Source of the DNA: Anaerolineales bacterium UBA6092
Lineage (GTDB): Bacteria > Chloroflexota > Anaerolineae > Anaerolineales > UBA4823
NCBI GenBank assembly: GCA_002428565.1
Contig: DIXA01000026.1
Span: 5,435 to 69,434 of the forward strand
Length of the DNA: 64,000 bases
Reading direction: 5' to 3'
The position numbers were made by a program, and so were the translations under genes. The notes under the pieces are model-generated. The model was given only the letters and a program-made list of their open reading frames with translations. It did no database searches and had not been told where the DNA came from. Shown here one piece after another: positions 63,773 to 64,000 of the stretch. Every line of letters begins with the position of its first letter. Position 1 is the stretch's first letter.

Positions 63773-64000
63773 TTACAGCCCCAACTGAAACAGCCGCTCT
63801 ACCGTTTGCTGCATATCAGGGGCACCTTCCAGGTGCGTCTCACCGCGGAGGCGCCCGTCGCGCAGCAATATCACCCGGTCGGCGTAACTGGCGGCGCGGA
63901 AGTCATGCGTCACCATCACCACGGTCTGACCACCCTCGGCGATGACGCGCAGCATCTTCATGATGTCGGTGCCGTTCTGCGAGTCAAGGTTGCCAGTAGG
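63773..64000 (-). CDS. ABC transporter ATP-binding protein, C-terminal part; the gene runs off the window end
   Basis: PTGNLDSQNGTDIMKMLRVIAEGGQTVVMVTHDFRAASYADRVILLRDGRL (D-loop and H-loop region). Confidence 0.8.
   Translation of the reverse strand, partial: PTGNLDSQNGTDIMKMLRVIAEGGQTVVMVTHDFRAASYADRVILLRDGRLRGETHLEGAPDMQQTVERLFQLGL

Overview
GC-rich bacterial chromosomal segment. The gene content (M16 peptidase pair, FG-GAP, PbH1 and DUF3494 surface proteins, Reg_prop/Y_Y_Y sensor kinase) suggests Chloroflexota, but that is inference only. Housekeeping-type genes sit at both ends and in the middle: acpS fragment, two M16 peptidases, rhomboid, RNB RNase, ECF sigma, PAP2, lipid kinase, YihY, two two-component systems, and a KimA/KdpD/KdpE potassium module. 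Most of the window is a cell-surface gene neighbourhood. It holds two large SARP(BTAD)-ATPase-TPR regulators, at 3688-7188 (+) and 58945-62817 (-). Each is followed by a small conserved ORF (FI[VL]R[LV]W...WRG motif) and then by signal-peptide proteins. A decayed third copy of this module lies at 50570-50871, and an N-terminal fragment of a fourth regulator lies at 28146-28396. Five promoters share a SARP-type box: heptamer, 4 bp, heptamer, 8 bp, then a -10 hexamer. They precede the three small ORFs, the ECF sigma gene and a five-gene sortase/C25-peptidase/DUF3494 operon. Seven secreted proteins end in a short shared tail, [YFLW]-[LI]-P-x-x-x-[KR], with no membrane anchor. I do not recognise this tail as any named sorting signal. 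Four same-strand partial copies of the 3' end of a class V aminotransferase (cysteine-desulfurase-like) gene divide 28-64 kb into blocks. No rRNA, tRNA, CRISPR array, integrase or transposase was recognised. Every family assignment comes from reading motifs in the translations; no search was run.
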